Assembly: GCA_951406725.2 (NCBI GenBank)
Contig: OX597820.1
Span: 30,008,001 to 30,072,000, forward strand
DNA length: 64,000 nucleotides
Source of the DNA: Octopus vulgaris
Lineage: Eukaryota
Direction: 5' to 3'
The notes beneath the pieces were generated by a model. It was not told the origin of the DNA, made no database searches, and worked only from the letters and a program-made list of their open reading frames with translations. Below, in pieces: positions 13,772 through 28,600 of this stretch. Position numbers and translations under genes: made by a program. Position 1 is the stretch's first letter. Every line of letters begins with the position of its first letter.

Positions 13772-14158
13772 CGTATATACATATAAATATGCGTGTATAC
13801 ACACACGCATACACACACCTGTGCGTATATATATATGTGTATGTATGCATGTATGTATATGTATGTATGTATGTATCTCGTTGCATGTGTTGTCGCCCCT
13901 GGTCAACCATGAACCGGAAGACCTATAATCAGAAACATCCCTGTCATGACCATCCCGTCCTTTATTTAAGCATAATGCTCCATAATGCACCCAAGACTAC
14001 ATCATCAAATGTGTCGTTCTTTTCAATACGGTAAGTATATTTATAAATGAAGAAGGGAGATTTGGCTGCTATTTCTAGCAAATCGAGCGATCTCATAGAG
14101 GCTCCTTCGTTGTTCCGTTGCATGTGCTTGTGTGTGAATCGTGTGTTAGTGCCAGTGG

Positions 14159-14211
<53 letters not shown>

Positions 14212-14665
14212 TGTGTGTGTGAGTGCGTACGTGCGCGCGCACGTGCGTATATATGTGTGAGTGAGCCCTAGTAAGTTGAATATGTTATGTGAGCTTAGGT
14301 TCTGAAAAAGGATGTAGATGTGTGTGTATGCATGTGTGTGTGCGTGTGTGTATGTACATACAGTTGTATGTGAGTGTATATATTGAGTTGTATGTATTGA
14401 TATATGTGTCTGTATGAATGTTTAATAAGAGTGAATAAAAAAATGCGTGTGTGCAAACATGTACAATAGTTCAAATATATGAATATACACGTGCGCATGT
14501 GTGTGTGTGTGTATGTGTGTGTATGCGTGCGTGTGTGTGTACATGTCTAAGCGTACTAATAAATGTATGTGAATACGTTTGCAGACGAGTATTATGTGTG
14601 TAATTAATGTATACGCTTGTTTATTTGTTTGAAACTCTGTGTGTGTGTGTGTGTGTCCAGGTGCT

Positions 14666-14697
<32 letters not shown>

Positions 14698-14939
14698 TGT
14701 ATGTATGTATGTATGTATGGTGGGGTGGTTTTAATGGCAAGCAGCTGACAAGATATAGAACAATGAACAAGAAAGCTAGTTTGACGAAAAAAATAAAAAT
14801 TTCTCATGTGATAATTATACATACATTCACTATGGTATGTTTTATATACGTCTACACCTCTCCCTACACACACATACTCACACACACACGCACATGCGCA
14901 CGCAAATTTTACGTATGCTTCTATCTATCTATCTATCTA

Positions 14940-15415
<476 letters not shown>

Positions 15416-15426
15416 ATCTATATCTA

Positions 15427-15469
<43 letters not shown>

Positions 15470-15538
15470 TTAATAAGGGTGAGAGAATTAGATACTAATT
15501 TAATAGTATATCTATTCAACATATATATATATATATAG

Positions 15539-15591
<53 letters not shown>

Positions 15592-16072
15592 GATATAGAT
15601 ATGTGAGTGTGTGTATGTGTGTGTGTGTGTGTGTGCATTGTTTTTAGGAACGGTGAATCTCGAAGCAAATGACAGCGTTAAAAATCTCTGGATAGAAAAA
15701 GTCGAAGGTTACATTCATAAATATATAACAATGAATATTAACTGAATCGAAGGCTCCATGCATGTTTTTGATATGTATAAATTTATTGACGATAACTTCA
15801 CTGAACAAGCCACGGCCAGTGATAGGTGTGCGTGCGTGCGTGCGTGCGTGCGTGCGTGTGTGTGTGTGTGTTTAATATATGATTGTGCATAAAGACCATT
15901 CGAACATCTAATTGGAATGGCACTTAATGCATTTTCTCACAAAGAAAAGCTTGAAAGTTTTCGCCGGTGGTTGAGCCGACCAACCACCGGTGATAGCTTC
16001 CCCATCACTTTCATTGTACACACACACACACGTGTATGTGCTTCTATATCTGTATGTATATATGTGAATGCA

Positions 16073-16161
<89 letters not shown>

Positions 16162-16271
16162 CCATGAGTGTATGTATGCAAATATATATATAGATATATA
16201 CACAGGTAGATAGACACATATATAGATAGACAGACAACGAAATGCTTGAGACTTCGAAAGTTTCGAATATG

Positions 16272-16339
<68 letters not shown>

Positions 16340-16446
16340 GGAAAATACTTAATTCATTAACATATAACTACGATTAAGAATATTTTTTGCATAGTTGTTT
16401 ATTCTGAGCTTCATTTTAGGGCACTCTTCGATAAATATATTATGGG

Positions 16447-16671
16447 CCTAGGCGTGGCTATGTGGTAAGAAGCTTGTTTCCCAACCACATGGTTCCAGGT
16501 CCAGTCCCACTGCGTGGTACCTTGGGCAAGTGTCTTCTACAATAGCATCAGGCCTGCCAAAGCCTTGAGACGGAAACTGAAAGAAGCCCCTCGTATATAT
16601 ATATATATGTAATATATATATATATATATATATATATGTACGTACACACACACACATATATATATATGTAT

Positions 16672-16724
<53 letters not shown>

Positions 16725-16950
16725 TTTGCGTGTGTGTGTCTGTATTTGTCCCACCACCACCACCATCGCTTGACAACCGATATTGGTGTGTTTATGTCCC
16801 TGTAACTTAGCCGTTTGGCAAAAGGCACCGATAGAATAAGTACCAGGCTTACAAAGAATAAGTCCTGGGGGTCGATTTCTTCGACTAAAAAAAAACCCCT
16901 TTAAGGCTGTGCTCCAGTATGGTCGCAGTCAAATGATTGAAACAAGTAAC
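16447..16950 (+). mobile_element. SINE family A
   Basis: Same head, core (accttgggcaagtgtcttctac), internal TA/CA microsatellite and tail. Confidence 0.88.
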
Positions 16951-16952
16951 AA

Positions 16953-16991
<39 letters not shown>

Positions 16992-18383
16992 GAGAGAGAT
17001 TATATATTATATATATATGCGTGTGTGTGCGTGTACGGGCGCGGTTCTTTAACTTCATATGGGTTTCAGCCGGTAGCTTGATCAGGCCGCAGAGAACTTA
17101 GTGCCATATGTATGTATGTACAAGCATGGGTGTAGATGTATGATAATCTGTATTTGCATGTATGTGTGTGTGTGTGTTTGGAAGTTCGTGGAGAGACAAA
17201 AATCTAAAAAGTAAAGCTACACACACACATATGTACATATAAGGTTAGTCTCGTACAGGCATGTCATTGTAGTGAAATAAATGACAGGGTGAGAGTTAGG
17301 TTGGGGGTGTTTAGTGTTGACGGGCTGTAGACTTTGTGGTGGTGAGGAGTGTCAGACAGAAAAAAGAGGAAGAAACAGGGAGAGTGAAGGAGGTGAAGTT
17401 AGACACAGAGAAAGAGAATTATATAAAGAGGTATTGGAAAGAAGAGAAAGAGGGAGAATGAGCGGCAGTTATAGCGAGAGAAAGGGAGGAAGCGAGAGAA
17501 AGAGAGGAAATTAGTAAGATTTAAGTTAATGTGAATATGAGAGAGAGCGAGAGGGAAAGAGATAACTTAACGAAGGAGAAAAACACAGAGGAAGTAAGAG
17601 AGACTGATGTGAGAAAGAGAAGAAGTGAAAGACAGAGAGAGAGAGTGCAAGAGCGGGAAGAGTAAGGCTGTGAGAGCCAAACAGTAACATGTTTAAAATG
17701 TTATAATGACGAGTCAACGAGGAAGTCCTCTATGTGGTCGCTTGACATGCTAGAAATAATAGTTAATTTCTCCATTTCCCTACATGCGCTCAACACTGAA
17801 TTAAAGTCTGTATATTGGTGGATTAGATAAATATAGTTAATCCTAAATACTCTTTAAAAACTGGATGGCCACAGCTGGAATGTCTTTTATCACAAGTTTG
17901 CTAAACAACATAATTGTATTTAAACTTCATGACAGTTTAGTTAACGAGACAACTTCAACGCGGTAACAAGCTCTGCTAGAAACAACAGACAAATCTTCCT
18001 CAAACTACACTCTACAGTCCTTTAAAGAAAGAAAAGAGAGAGAGAAAACGAAGAGCACATTGGATAACGTAGTCATAGAGATAACATGTTTGTTTCAGAC
18101 GTAATAGTCACGGCTGGAACTTCTTAGATCATAGGTCTGCTTGAACTAGACCTGACCGTAGCCAAATAACAAACAACCCGCGATGGTCTTGTCTTTCTCG
18201 GTAATAAATTTCATAAACTTCAATAAAGAGTTCATGTGATGTGATAAAGAAGTGGATTTTGATGTTCCTGGCAAGGTTCCTCCTTGGTGGGAACTCACTT
18301 CTCACGGTAAACCAGTTTGTATCATTTTAGATCGAGCGACAGATACATACATACATACATACATACATACATACATACATACA

Positions 18384-18415
<32 letters not shown>

Positions 18416-18484
18416 CATACATAGACAGACAGACAGATAGACAGACCGACAGTTAGACAGATAGATAAATAGACAGACAGACAC

Positions 18485-18529
<45 letters not shown>

Positions 18530-18542
18530 TAGACATACATAC

Positions 18543-18681
<139 letters not shown>

Positions 18682-18779
18682 CAGAGAGACAGACAGATAG
18701 ATAGATAGACAGACAGACAGGTAAGAAAGTGAGATAACAAAGGAATATATGTGCGCGCACGTGTGTAATGAAGTTCATT

Positions 18780-18860
18780 AGCTTACAGCTGTTTCTGCTG
18801 TAGGATACAGAGGATTCATAGTTGCGTGCTTGAGTAACACCGTAGAGCTTCATCAGAACC
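18780..18860 (-). ncRNA. Hammerhead ribozyme motif in a short element between (GATA)n tracts
   Basis: Minus strand reads ggtt-CTGATGA-agctctacgg...cctacagca-GAAA-cagctg-TA-agct. Stem III is the palindrome ACAGCTGT; stem II is partly decayed. Confidence 0.65.
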
Positions 18861-18898
18861 TCGAATATAGATAGACAGACAAACAGACAGACAGATAG

Positions 18899-18939
<41 letters not shown>

Positions 18940-19075
18940 TGGTGTTGTTTAGTCCCAGGTTAGTCTAGATCAAAAGCATTTCCGTTCTTTTCAAACTCAT
19001 GTATTTCGGACTAGATTATTCAATATACTCTTTGCTTTTTAAAGACACACACACATACATGCATGCACTCACACA

Positions 19076-19121
<46 letters not shown>

Positions 19122-19148
19122 TAAACAAACACACACAGAGACGCGCAC

Positions 19149-19179
<31 letters not shown>

Positions 19180-19304
19180 TGTATGTATGTATGCATGTTA
19201 TGTATGTTATGTATGTATGTGTGCGTGTGCATGTGTCTACACATGTGTACATCTGTATGTATATATATATATATATATATACATACTTATATATAAGTAT
19301 ATAA

Positions 19305-19342
<38 letters not shown>

Positions 19343-19344
<2 letters not shown>

Positions 19345-19711
19345 CCAACCACATGGTTCCGGGTTCAGTCCCACTGCGTGGCACTCTGGGCAAGTGTCTT
19401 CTACTATAGCCTCAGGCCGACCAAAGCCTTGTGAGTGGATTTGGTAGACGGAAACTGAAAGAAGCCCGTCGTATATATGTATATATATATGCGTGTGTGT
19501 GTTTGTGTGTCTGTGTTTGTCCCCTAGCATTGCTTGACAACCGATGCTGGTGTGTTTATGTCACCGTTACTTAGCGGTTCGGCAAAAGAGACCGATAGAA
19601 TAAGTACTGGGCTTACAAAAGAATAAGTCCCGGGGTCGATTTGCTCGACTAAAGGCGGTGCTCCAGCATGGCCGCAGTCAAATGACTGAAACAAGTAAAA
19701 GAGTAAAAGAG
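19343..19711 (+). mobile_element. SINE family A, slightly 5'-truncated
   Basis: Near-consensus copy. Confidence 0.9.
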
Positions 19712-21048
19712 TATATCATACATATAACATAGAGAGAGAGAAAGACGGAGTGCGAGGGAGAGTAAGAGAGAGAGAGAAAGAGAAGGAAGGACAGAGAAAT
19801 AGAAAGTAAGAGTATAAAATCAGGCCGACAGTAGCGTATGAGGTGATTTGGTGATCGGTACAGAAAGAGCAAATTTGTCGAATAACCGAATACGTGACTC
19901 AGTAGTTTCCAGGACAGAGTTTCTATACACGATTATTACTGAATATGACAATGTATGAAAGCCACAACTCGAACTTTCCTCTACGTGAATTATCATTAGC
20001 TGATTATCGATTAATAGATACCTCAAACCAGGCAGGAAAAAATGAGTAAATGCGATTGATTCTACCGTGTTATTTATTATGTAGGACAAAACTTCTATTC
20101 TTTTATAGTTAAATGTCGCACAGAGAGAAAGGAGAAGAAGGGAGACTATGCATATATGCATGTGTATGCGCGCGTGTGTGTGCGTGCGTGAGACAATGGG
20201 AAAGCGAATGGAGAGAAAGAGGAAGTGATTAAAGAGACTAGGGACAGAGAGAGAGAGAGAGAGATAAGAAGAGAGAGCGGGGAGATGCACAATCGGCTGT
20301 TACGGAAAGAGGAAAGGAAAGCAAGATAGATTACACCGCCATATATAATAGAACAATAACATCCATGAATGTAGAGCAAAAAATGTATGTACTACTTAAA
20401 AAAAAAAACGAGAATAATAGAATAGATAGAGGAATAGATTGTTAGATTAGATCGCCGATTTTTAAATAAGCTTAGGGATGAGGCACTAGACGTTGTAGGC
20501 AAACGAAATGTTAATTAATTTAAAATGTCTCCTCTTAAGTGACAAAAGAAAATTAGAACCTAGCGGTAATTATTAACGACTCTCAAAAAGGTGGGAGGTG
20601 GGGGGGGGGTTTAACTCGCAAAGTTAATTTATCGAATGAAAACATGATCATTGTTTGGAGGTAAGGGAGACAACTGCGGCCTTGTTTCACTCTTGTTTTA
20701 CCTCATCAGCGTAGCTTAACGATGGATGCAGGTTATTCAAAAGATATTTATATGTAGAAAAGAGTTACGAATAATTCTTGGCCAGAATAATTTGCATAAT
20801 TAAAAAAAAAATAATATGAGCCAACGGCATAACTCAAATGGGCATATAAAATGAATTTTGATTACATTAGGTTACTAATTAAAGTTATAAACGCTCATAC
20901 ATACACATCCTTACATGCATGCATACACATTATGATCAAACAGAAGTACCTATTGCTTTCATATTTTCAAGGCTGGCTGTTTTTAGTAAGACGAAGTGAT
21001 ACAGTATGGCTTACTCGTTGGCTTGAGATATACATATATACATACATA

Positions 21049-21206
21049 CGCAGGAGTGGCTGTGTGGTAAGTAGCTTGTTTACCAACCACATGGTTCCGG
21101 GTTCAGTCCCGCTGTGTGGCACCTTGGGCAAGTGTCTTCTACTATAGCCTCGGGCCAACCAAAGCCTTGTGAGTGGATTTGGTAGACGGAAACTGAAAAG
21201 AAGCCC

Positions 21207-21250
<44 letters not shown>

Positions 21251-21269
21251 GTATATATGTATGTATGTA

Positions 21270-21334
<65 letters not shown>

Positions 21335-21335
21335 G

Positions 21336-21367
<32 letters not shown>

Positions 21368-21595
21368 TGTATGTATGTATGTTATATTTTTGTGTGTGTC
21401 TGTGTTTGTCCCCCAACATCGACTGACAACCGATGCTGGTGTGTTTACGTCCCTGTAACTTAGCGGTTCCGCAAAATAGAACCGATAGAATAAGTACTTG
21501 GTTTACAAAGAATAAGTCCTGGGGGCGATTTGCTCGACTAAAGGCGGTGCTCCAGCGTAGCCACAGTCAAATGACTGAAACAAGTAAAAGAGTAG
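21049..21595 (+). mobile_element. SINE family A
   Basis: Near-consensus copy with an expanded internal (TA)n(TGTA)n tract. Confidence 0.9.
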
Positions 21596-21608
21596 ACACA
21601 CACATACG

Positions 21609-21715
<107 letters not shown>

Positions 21716-22117
21716 CCCTTTTACGATCCCTTTTGATCGAAAACCTACACCACCTTTTTTTTTTGTTTTTGTTTCTTTTGTATTTTATTTTTTATTTTTT
21801 TCATCCCCAAAAAGAAAAGCTCTACCTTGTAACTTGTCCCATCTGTGTGCAGCCCTGTGTGGCCAATAAAGAAACTTATCTATCTATCTGTGTGTGTTTG
21901 TGTCTGTGTGTGTGTGCGTGTGCATGTTGATAGTACACTGTGCGTTGCATGCTATCATGCTAGCATAGCAGTACAGTGTACTAAATTATGCATGGTTACC
22001 TATGTTACTACGTTAACAGCGTATTTGCTAGCATGTTAATTGTGCATGAATGCGCATAACGTATAATATGTACATGAATGGTTGTGGCGTTTAGAGATTC
22101 ACTTCACAACTTCGCAA

Positions 22118-22335
22118 CTGTTGTTGCATAATTCTTGCAGGTCTTTTTCAACAAATTTTATTCAACAAAAACAATAACAACATGTAACAAAAACATCTTT
22201 AAGTGATTATTCCGGAGCATAGTCACCACCTGCTTCAATTACTGCTTCCCATTTGTTTGTTAAGTATCGTTATTGCTTTTGTTGAATAAAATTTGTTGAA
22301 GAAGAAAAAGCCGCAATAATTATGCACCAACCCAA
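22118..22335. mobile_element. Mariner-derived MITE with a degenerate left end
   Basis: Right TIR gccgcaataattatgcaccaacccaa|ta. Homologous to the copies at 45080-45328 and 60445-60701. Confidence 0.8.
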
Positions 22336-22479
22336 TATATGTATTCGGTTTCAATTCTACTGTACCACACTATGAACAAAATAGTATTTTCTACTGATAA
22401 GGACAAGACAGTATTGGTACCCATTTTCTCTCTCTCTCTCTCTGACTCTCTCTGTCTCTCTCCCTCTCTTTCTCTCTCT

Positions 22480-22511
<32 letters not shown>

Positions 22512-22589
22512 CGTCGGATGTAATCAATTGAACCACACGCGTATTTATCGTTATGGTAAAATCTGGCGTGTGATTGAGTGGATTTCATC

Positions 22590-22685
22590 CAGATAGTTTT
22601 GGCTGAAGAGCTACAAGTGGATTTTATTGTAAGTAAAATTACATTTAATTCATTAATAGCGAAACAATTGTCCCAAAATAATCTG
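22590..22685 (+). ncRNA. Intact type-I hammerhead ribozyme motif within a ~300 bp element (22511-22818) flanked by (TA)n
   Basis: ttttgg-CTGAAGA-gcta...tagc-GAAA-caattg-TC-ccaaaa. Stem I is a perfect 6 bp plus a distal cagat/atctg helix, stem III is the palindrome ACAATTGT, and the cleavage triplet is GUC. Confidence 0.85.
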
Positions 22686-22846
22686 TATTTGTTATTTTTT
22701 ATTTGCCCTGTCCGTGTGAGCTAACAATCGTACTGACTTTCATGGGAAACATGTATTTTTGTGGTTGAAACCTTTTGGATTAACTGGTGCTAGAGTGAGC
22801 CATATAGTGACCACTCTCTTATATATATATATATATATATATATAT

Positions 22847-23033
22847 ACTCTTTTACTTGTTTCAGTCATTTGATTGCGGCCATGCTGGAGCACCGCCTTT
22901 AGTCGAGCAAATCGACCCCAGGACTTATTCTTTGTAAGCCAAGTACTTATTCTATCGGTTCTCTTTTGCCGAACCGCTAAGTTACGGGGACGTAAACACA
23001 CCAGCATCGGTTGTCAAGCGAGGACAAACACAA

Positions 23034-23129
<96 letters not shown>

Positions 23130-23292
23130 GGCGGGCTTCTTTCAGTTTCCGTCTACCAAATTCACTCACAAGGCTTTGGTGGGCCCGAGGCTATAGTAGA
23201 AGACACTTGCCCAGGTACCACGCAGTGAGACTGAACCCCGAATCATGTGGTTAGTAAGCAAGCTACTTACCACACAGCCACTCTTACGCCTA
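22847..23292 (-). mobile_element. SINE family A
   Basis: Full reverse-complement copy. Confidence 0.9.
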
Positions 23293-23299
23293 TATATAT

Positions 23300-23551
23300 A
23301 TTCTTTTAGTCATTCACTTGTTTCAGTCATTAGACTATGGCCATGCTAGGGCACCGCCTTGAGGAATTTTTGTTGAATTAATCGACCCCAGTACTTGTTG
23401 TTTGAAGGCTGGTTCTTAGTCTATCGGACTCTTAATGTTGAACGGGTAAGTTACGGGGACGTAAACACACTGTTCACCGGTTGTTAATCGGTGGTGGTGG
23501 TGGTGGACAATCACAGACACAAACACACACATACATTCATATACATGCACA

Positions 23552-23596
<45 letters not shown>

Positions 23597-23800
23597 ACAT
23601 GTATATATATACACACACACGCGCACATATAGATACACACACACACACATATGGCGGAGGCTACTTTCGGCTTCCGTCCACCAAATCCATTCCCAAGGCT
23701 TTGGTCGCCCTGAAGCCATAGTAGAAGACACTTGCCCAAGACGCCATCCAGGTGTACTGAACCCAGAACCATGTGGTTAAGGTGCAAAATTCTTACACAC
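23300..23800 (-). mobile_element. SINE family A, older copy in tandem with the previous one
   Basis: Diverged reverse-complement copy. Confidence 0.8.
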
Positions 23801-24595
23801 AGAGAAGCCTGGTTGTGGTGTGTGTGTGTGTGTGCGTGCGTCTACACGCAACGCACGCATGATTTTGCACAAGCATATTATAGGTATGTGAGTGTGTTGC
23901 TGTTATTTTGCTAATGTATATCGGTGAAGGATACACACGTCAGTGAGAAAGCTAACGAAGCGGTGCTCTACGAAAATAGTCCGTGAGATGTTTGTAATGT
24001 AATTGAGGTACAGCTCTTCTCTGTCTGCCTTTCCTACACTCCCCCTCTCTCTGTTTCACTTTCATTCACTCTTCTCATCTCTTTCTTTCTGTCTTTCTCT
24101 CTCTCTTGCCTTTAGAAATTCATTGAACCAGTGACCTCTCCGCAAGATAGTTATAATCACCGACAGTATTCTTCACCTGTTGTTATATAAACAGATTAAA
24201 TGCATAAGCAGGAATTATTTAGATCATTTTATCTCACAATACTTTACTGATAACAATAAGCAGAGGATATAACAATATCCTGTGTTCGAGATTTACTCAT
24301 CTTGATAACTTAGACCCGTTGGACAACGTTATAAGCGATTATAATCATGTTAACGAAATAGCATATAGAGAGATGTTCTATGATTCTGTAATAAGTAAAC
24401 AACTGGCTTTCCGCCAAAGGACACGGTCTGACTGAAAATCTCACTGAACGGCGAGTGTTGTTGTTGAAAATGAATATACGAAGGGCAGATAACTAGGTTG
24501 TGATTGCGAAAATTTCGGTCTCCTTCAAATAAATTTCAGTCAGAGGTTGTCGAACCAACGAGAAATCATGTGTGTATGTGTGTGCGTGCGTTTGT

Positions 24596-24634
<39 letters not shown>

Positions 24635-24645
24635 CGTGCGTGTGA

Positions 24646-24683
<38 letters not shown>

Positions 24684-25327
24684 TGTGGTAAGAAGCATGC
24701 TTCCCAACTATATGGCTCTGGGTTCAGTCCCACAGTGTGACACCTTCGATAAGTGTCTTCTACTATAGCCTTGGGCCGACCAAAGCCTTGTGTGTGTGTA
24801 TATATATGACAACCGGTGTTGTTGTGTTTACGTTCCCGTAACATAGCGGTTCGGCAAAAGACACGGATAGAATGCGAAGTATGCTAGTAATTTTTTACTT
24901 ACTTATTTATTTATTTATTTATCTATTTATTCATTAATTTATTTTGATGAATGGGACATGGTCTCAACTTCGCTATAGACCCCTCCCTAATCAAAGTACC
25001 TTGGAGTCGCTACATGCCGAATTACAATATGCGTAAATCAGCATTGTATTTCCCACCCCTATCTAGAGTCGTGGGGATTCCTGGTAATTTCTCAGTATTC
25101 CCATGCTTCAAGTCCGTTCTGGAAACATGTAATGAATGAAATGAATTAGGAACTAGGGGTACGCTAAGGTTCAAGAAGCAGATGTTGAAAAACGGGGACT
25201 AAACGCTATAAGCTATCCCACTCTATGAGCTGAAAAGTAGGGAAACGCTATACTCCTGGGTACCTCGTTTCCCAAATTTCCATCGTTAGTGACATAGTGC
25301 TAAAAGAATTAAGAACCACTGGCTTAA

Positions 25328-25607
25328 ATTTGTTCCTTTTCGAGCCATGCCTTGCTCATAAGGGCCGGTTTCTCGGTTTCCTTGACGTATAGGTTCCCCA
25401 CCTGGACGGGACGCCGGTGAGCTGCAAGAGAAAAGAGTGAGAGAAAGTTGTGGCAAAAGAGTCAGCAGAAATTCGCCATTACCTTCTGCCAGAGCCGCGT
25501 AAAGCTTATGTGTTTCGCTCATAAACACACATCGCCCGGTCTGAGGTTCGAACCCCCGGTCCCTCGACCGCGAGTCCGCTGCTCCAACCACTAGGCCATA
25601 TGCCTCC
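25328..25607 (-). mobile_element. tRNA-derived SINE family C (tRNA-Arg-like head)
   Basis: Head tggaggcatatggcctagtggttggagcagcggactcgcggtcg..ggttcgaac. Flanking duplication cactggcttaa. Other copies at 47090-47380, 48010-48303 and 51860-52057. Confidence 0.85.
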
Positions 25608-26069
25608 ATCACTGGCTTAAGCAAATTATTTGAGACTAAATGTTCTCAAATAAGAAATATTTCAAAAGCATAAGACATGAGGCTGACGGTCCCAAAGTGA
25701 GAGCACTCTCTTGCCTTAGGTGTTTTCGGTTTTTTTTTTTTTTTTTCGTTACTGGCTTTCCGTCAGTTACAACGACGAACGATCCAATTGATTCGATCAA
25801 CGAAACAGCCTGCTCGTGAAATAAACGTACAAGTGGTTGAACACTCCACAGACATGCGTACTCTTAACGTAGTTCCCAGGAAGACTCAGAGTGACACAGG
25901 ATGTGACAAGGTTGGCTCTTTGAAATACAAGTGCTACTCATTTTTGCCAGCTGAGTGGACTGGAGCAATGTTAAAGTGTCTTGCTCTAGAACACAACGCA
26001 CCGCCGAGGGTGATAATGCTGATGTTTTGAAATTTTCTGGAAAGTGTCAAGAACTGTAAAAGAAGGGTA

Positions 26070-26362
26070 AAGACTCCCTTCGATCATGAATGAGCATGGA
26101 ATTGCACAGAGAAAGTTCCCCTCTGAGACACAAGTCTGGGCAGGGCTGTTTGCAGAAGACCAGCAGTTGCCCATTCATACCAGTCTCCCCCACTTCACGC
26201 CACCAGTGATGTTGTAACTCATTTTACAGCTGAGTGAACTGGAGCAGCGTGAAATAAAGAGTCTTGCTCAAGAATACAACACACAGCCCAGTCCAGGAAT
26301 CGAACTCACTACTTTACGGTTGTAAGCCCGACACTCTACTTACTGAACCATGCGCCTTCACC
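26070..26362 (-). mobile_element. tRNA-derived SINE family D
   Basis: Homologous to the plus-strand copy at 60912-61228. Confidence 0.75.
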
Positions 26363-26479
26363 AAGAGCCATAAGCGTCATTAAAGAGGTCTGCGAGTTTG
26401 GCAATACCATTGTCTTCTCACGTGTTATTGTATTTGTCCCCAGAGCCTTACCTTTCTCGTCTTCTTGTTCCACCTCAGA

Positions 26480-26700
26480 GTTTGAAATCTTTGGTCCATA
26501 AAATTCTGATATACAATGCGCCATGAGTCATTGCCCAGGATCATCCTGACCGGAAGTGTGAACAGGAAAAGAACGAGGAGCCGTCAAAAGACGTTTGTGG
26601 ACAGAATACCTCAAAGAATGAACTGGAAATAAGATCCAGGCTGATTATATACATGCAGCACAACGTTGAGGGAGCTGAAATGTCTTGGCAAACCGACCTC
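26480..26700 (+). mobile_element. RTE-like LINE 3' fragment
   Basis: SLPRIILTGSVNRKRTRSRQK..WTEYLKE*TG resembles the RTE RT C-terminal G.R.RGR...W motif. Confidence 0.5.
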
Positions 26701-27478
26701 TGGACACAGGGAGGGCACCTGGTCGATGATTCTCAAATAATATTCAGTGGTGGGGGGTGTTGGCGGTAGAGATGACTTCCTCTAGTTGTTGTACACAGTG
26801 TTGTTTGCCTCTTTTGACCGGTTAGTAAAGACAGGGTAGAGGCGTTCCGAGGTGGTGTGTTGTGTGTTATGGGTTGGTGAAGTATATTGCCTTAAATAAG
26901 TAGTGATCAAGTGATCCGATAGTTGAAGAGAATGCTCACCTAAGAAAGTTTCATAAGAGCTAAACATGACCACAGTTGTCTCCCGTGCTACCAGAAAGGA
27001 CTAAAATAATATTAGTTAATAAGCTAATGTTTGCTCTCACCGCAATAATTTTTCAATTAAATTTTTAACTATTCACCACAGTAAACATGTTAACACTAGC
27101 TTAATTATTGTTTTTTCATGAAGAGAACAACTCTGCGTAATTAATCATAGTGCAATATACTTTCATCAAAGCCAAATTGAGACACACTAGGGAGTTTTGC
27201 TCTCACGTCCGTGATGCTGCTACGGTTGCTGCTTTTCTTGCCTCTGCTCTTTTTGCTGCTCTAATTTGCTGATACACTCACAAGCGTTTTAGGCCACATC
27301 CAAAGCAAAGCATTTTGAATAATTAATCTCTGACATGCAAACTTGTTGTCTCCTCTCTCGGCTTTTATAAAATAGAATCTAAAGAGACTATTGTTGGTCG
27401 GCGTCGGTGAGTCGTTTATTATTTAGGAGAAAAAAAATCAACTAAAACTGTGCGAGGAAATTGTCGTAGGAAGTCGAA

Positions 27479-27514
27479 TATCCAACGTTTCGGACAGAGT
27501 CCTTCTTCAGAGAA
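27479..27514 (-). ncRNA. Minimal hammerhead ribozyme motif
   Basis: Minus strand reads tct-CTGAAGA-a ggac tct gtcc-GAAA-cg-TT-gga, with an ACGT palindrome as stem III. A stem II-deleted inverted relic lies at about 27618-27647. Confidence 0.6.
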
Positions 27515-28324
27515 AAGATGACAGAAGTTAAATTAAAGAGTGATAACAATGCTAAACATCCGGTTCTGAGTTAGGAAGTAAAATTCTGCGGTCCCTCTCT
27601 ACTTTCATTCTCGACAACTTTTCCCCGAAGAAACGTTAGATATTTCCAATATCACGGTAAGTTCACTGTGTTCTTTTTCTCGATTTTATTATTTTGATTA
27701 TTTTGAAGCATTAGAAGGTAATTATATTACAGATGACCAAATAGTTTGTACGTAGGAGAAGAAATACCTTGTAGTATTTCTACAAGGTATCCTTCCGTTC
27801 TGAGTTCACTTCCTGCTGAGATTAATATTGTCTTTCATGCTTTTGGATTCAATAAAACAGAGTACCAGTCAAGTACCAGGATTAATGGTGTCGGCAACTA
27901 CACTCCACAGAATTGCTGGCCTTGTGCCCAAATTAGAAACAATTATTAAGTAAAATGAATGTAAAATGAATATATATATATATATATACATGCATATATG
28001 GGTACAGGACGTCACAAACAGCAAACAACATGAAGTACGAAAACAAATGAGTTATATACGCAAACAACGAGAGTAAAAGATGGAAAACAGGACAAGTAAC
28101 ACAAAGACCAACCCTTCATCAGTGGTCGACTGTCTATCTACTCCTCATTTCGAGCATTCAACGACAATATGAGTCTTCGAAGACAGCTGCTTCCATAAAT
28201 ACCAAAACATAATTTTGGATTTATGGAGAGTCAAAGCCGGGAACAAAAACAGGACAGTGGAGACACACAAGGAAACCGAACGAAAATAAACATGGAGGGT
28301 CGTTAGACCAGAACGAGAGGGTAT

Positions 28325-28373
<49 letters not shown>

Positions 28374-28398
28374 TATATACATATATATATAAATATAT

Positions 28399-28467
<69 letters not shown>

Positions 28468-28600
28468 TATATATAGAGAGAGAGAGCAATAAGAAAATGG
28501 AGGGGATCAATATGTGGTTCGTCAACTTTTAGACATTATATTATGTCAATTTATTTATTTATTTATTTACTAAAATGACAATTACAAGAATATACATACA

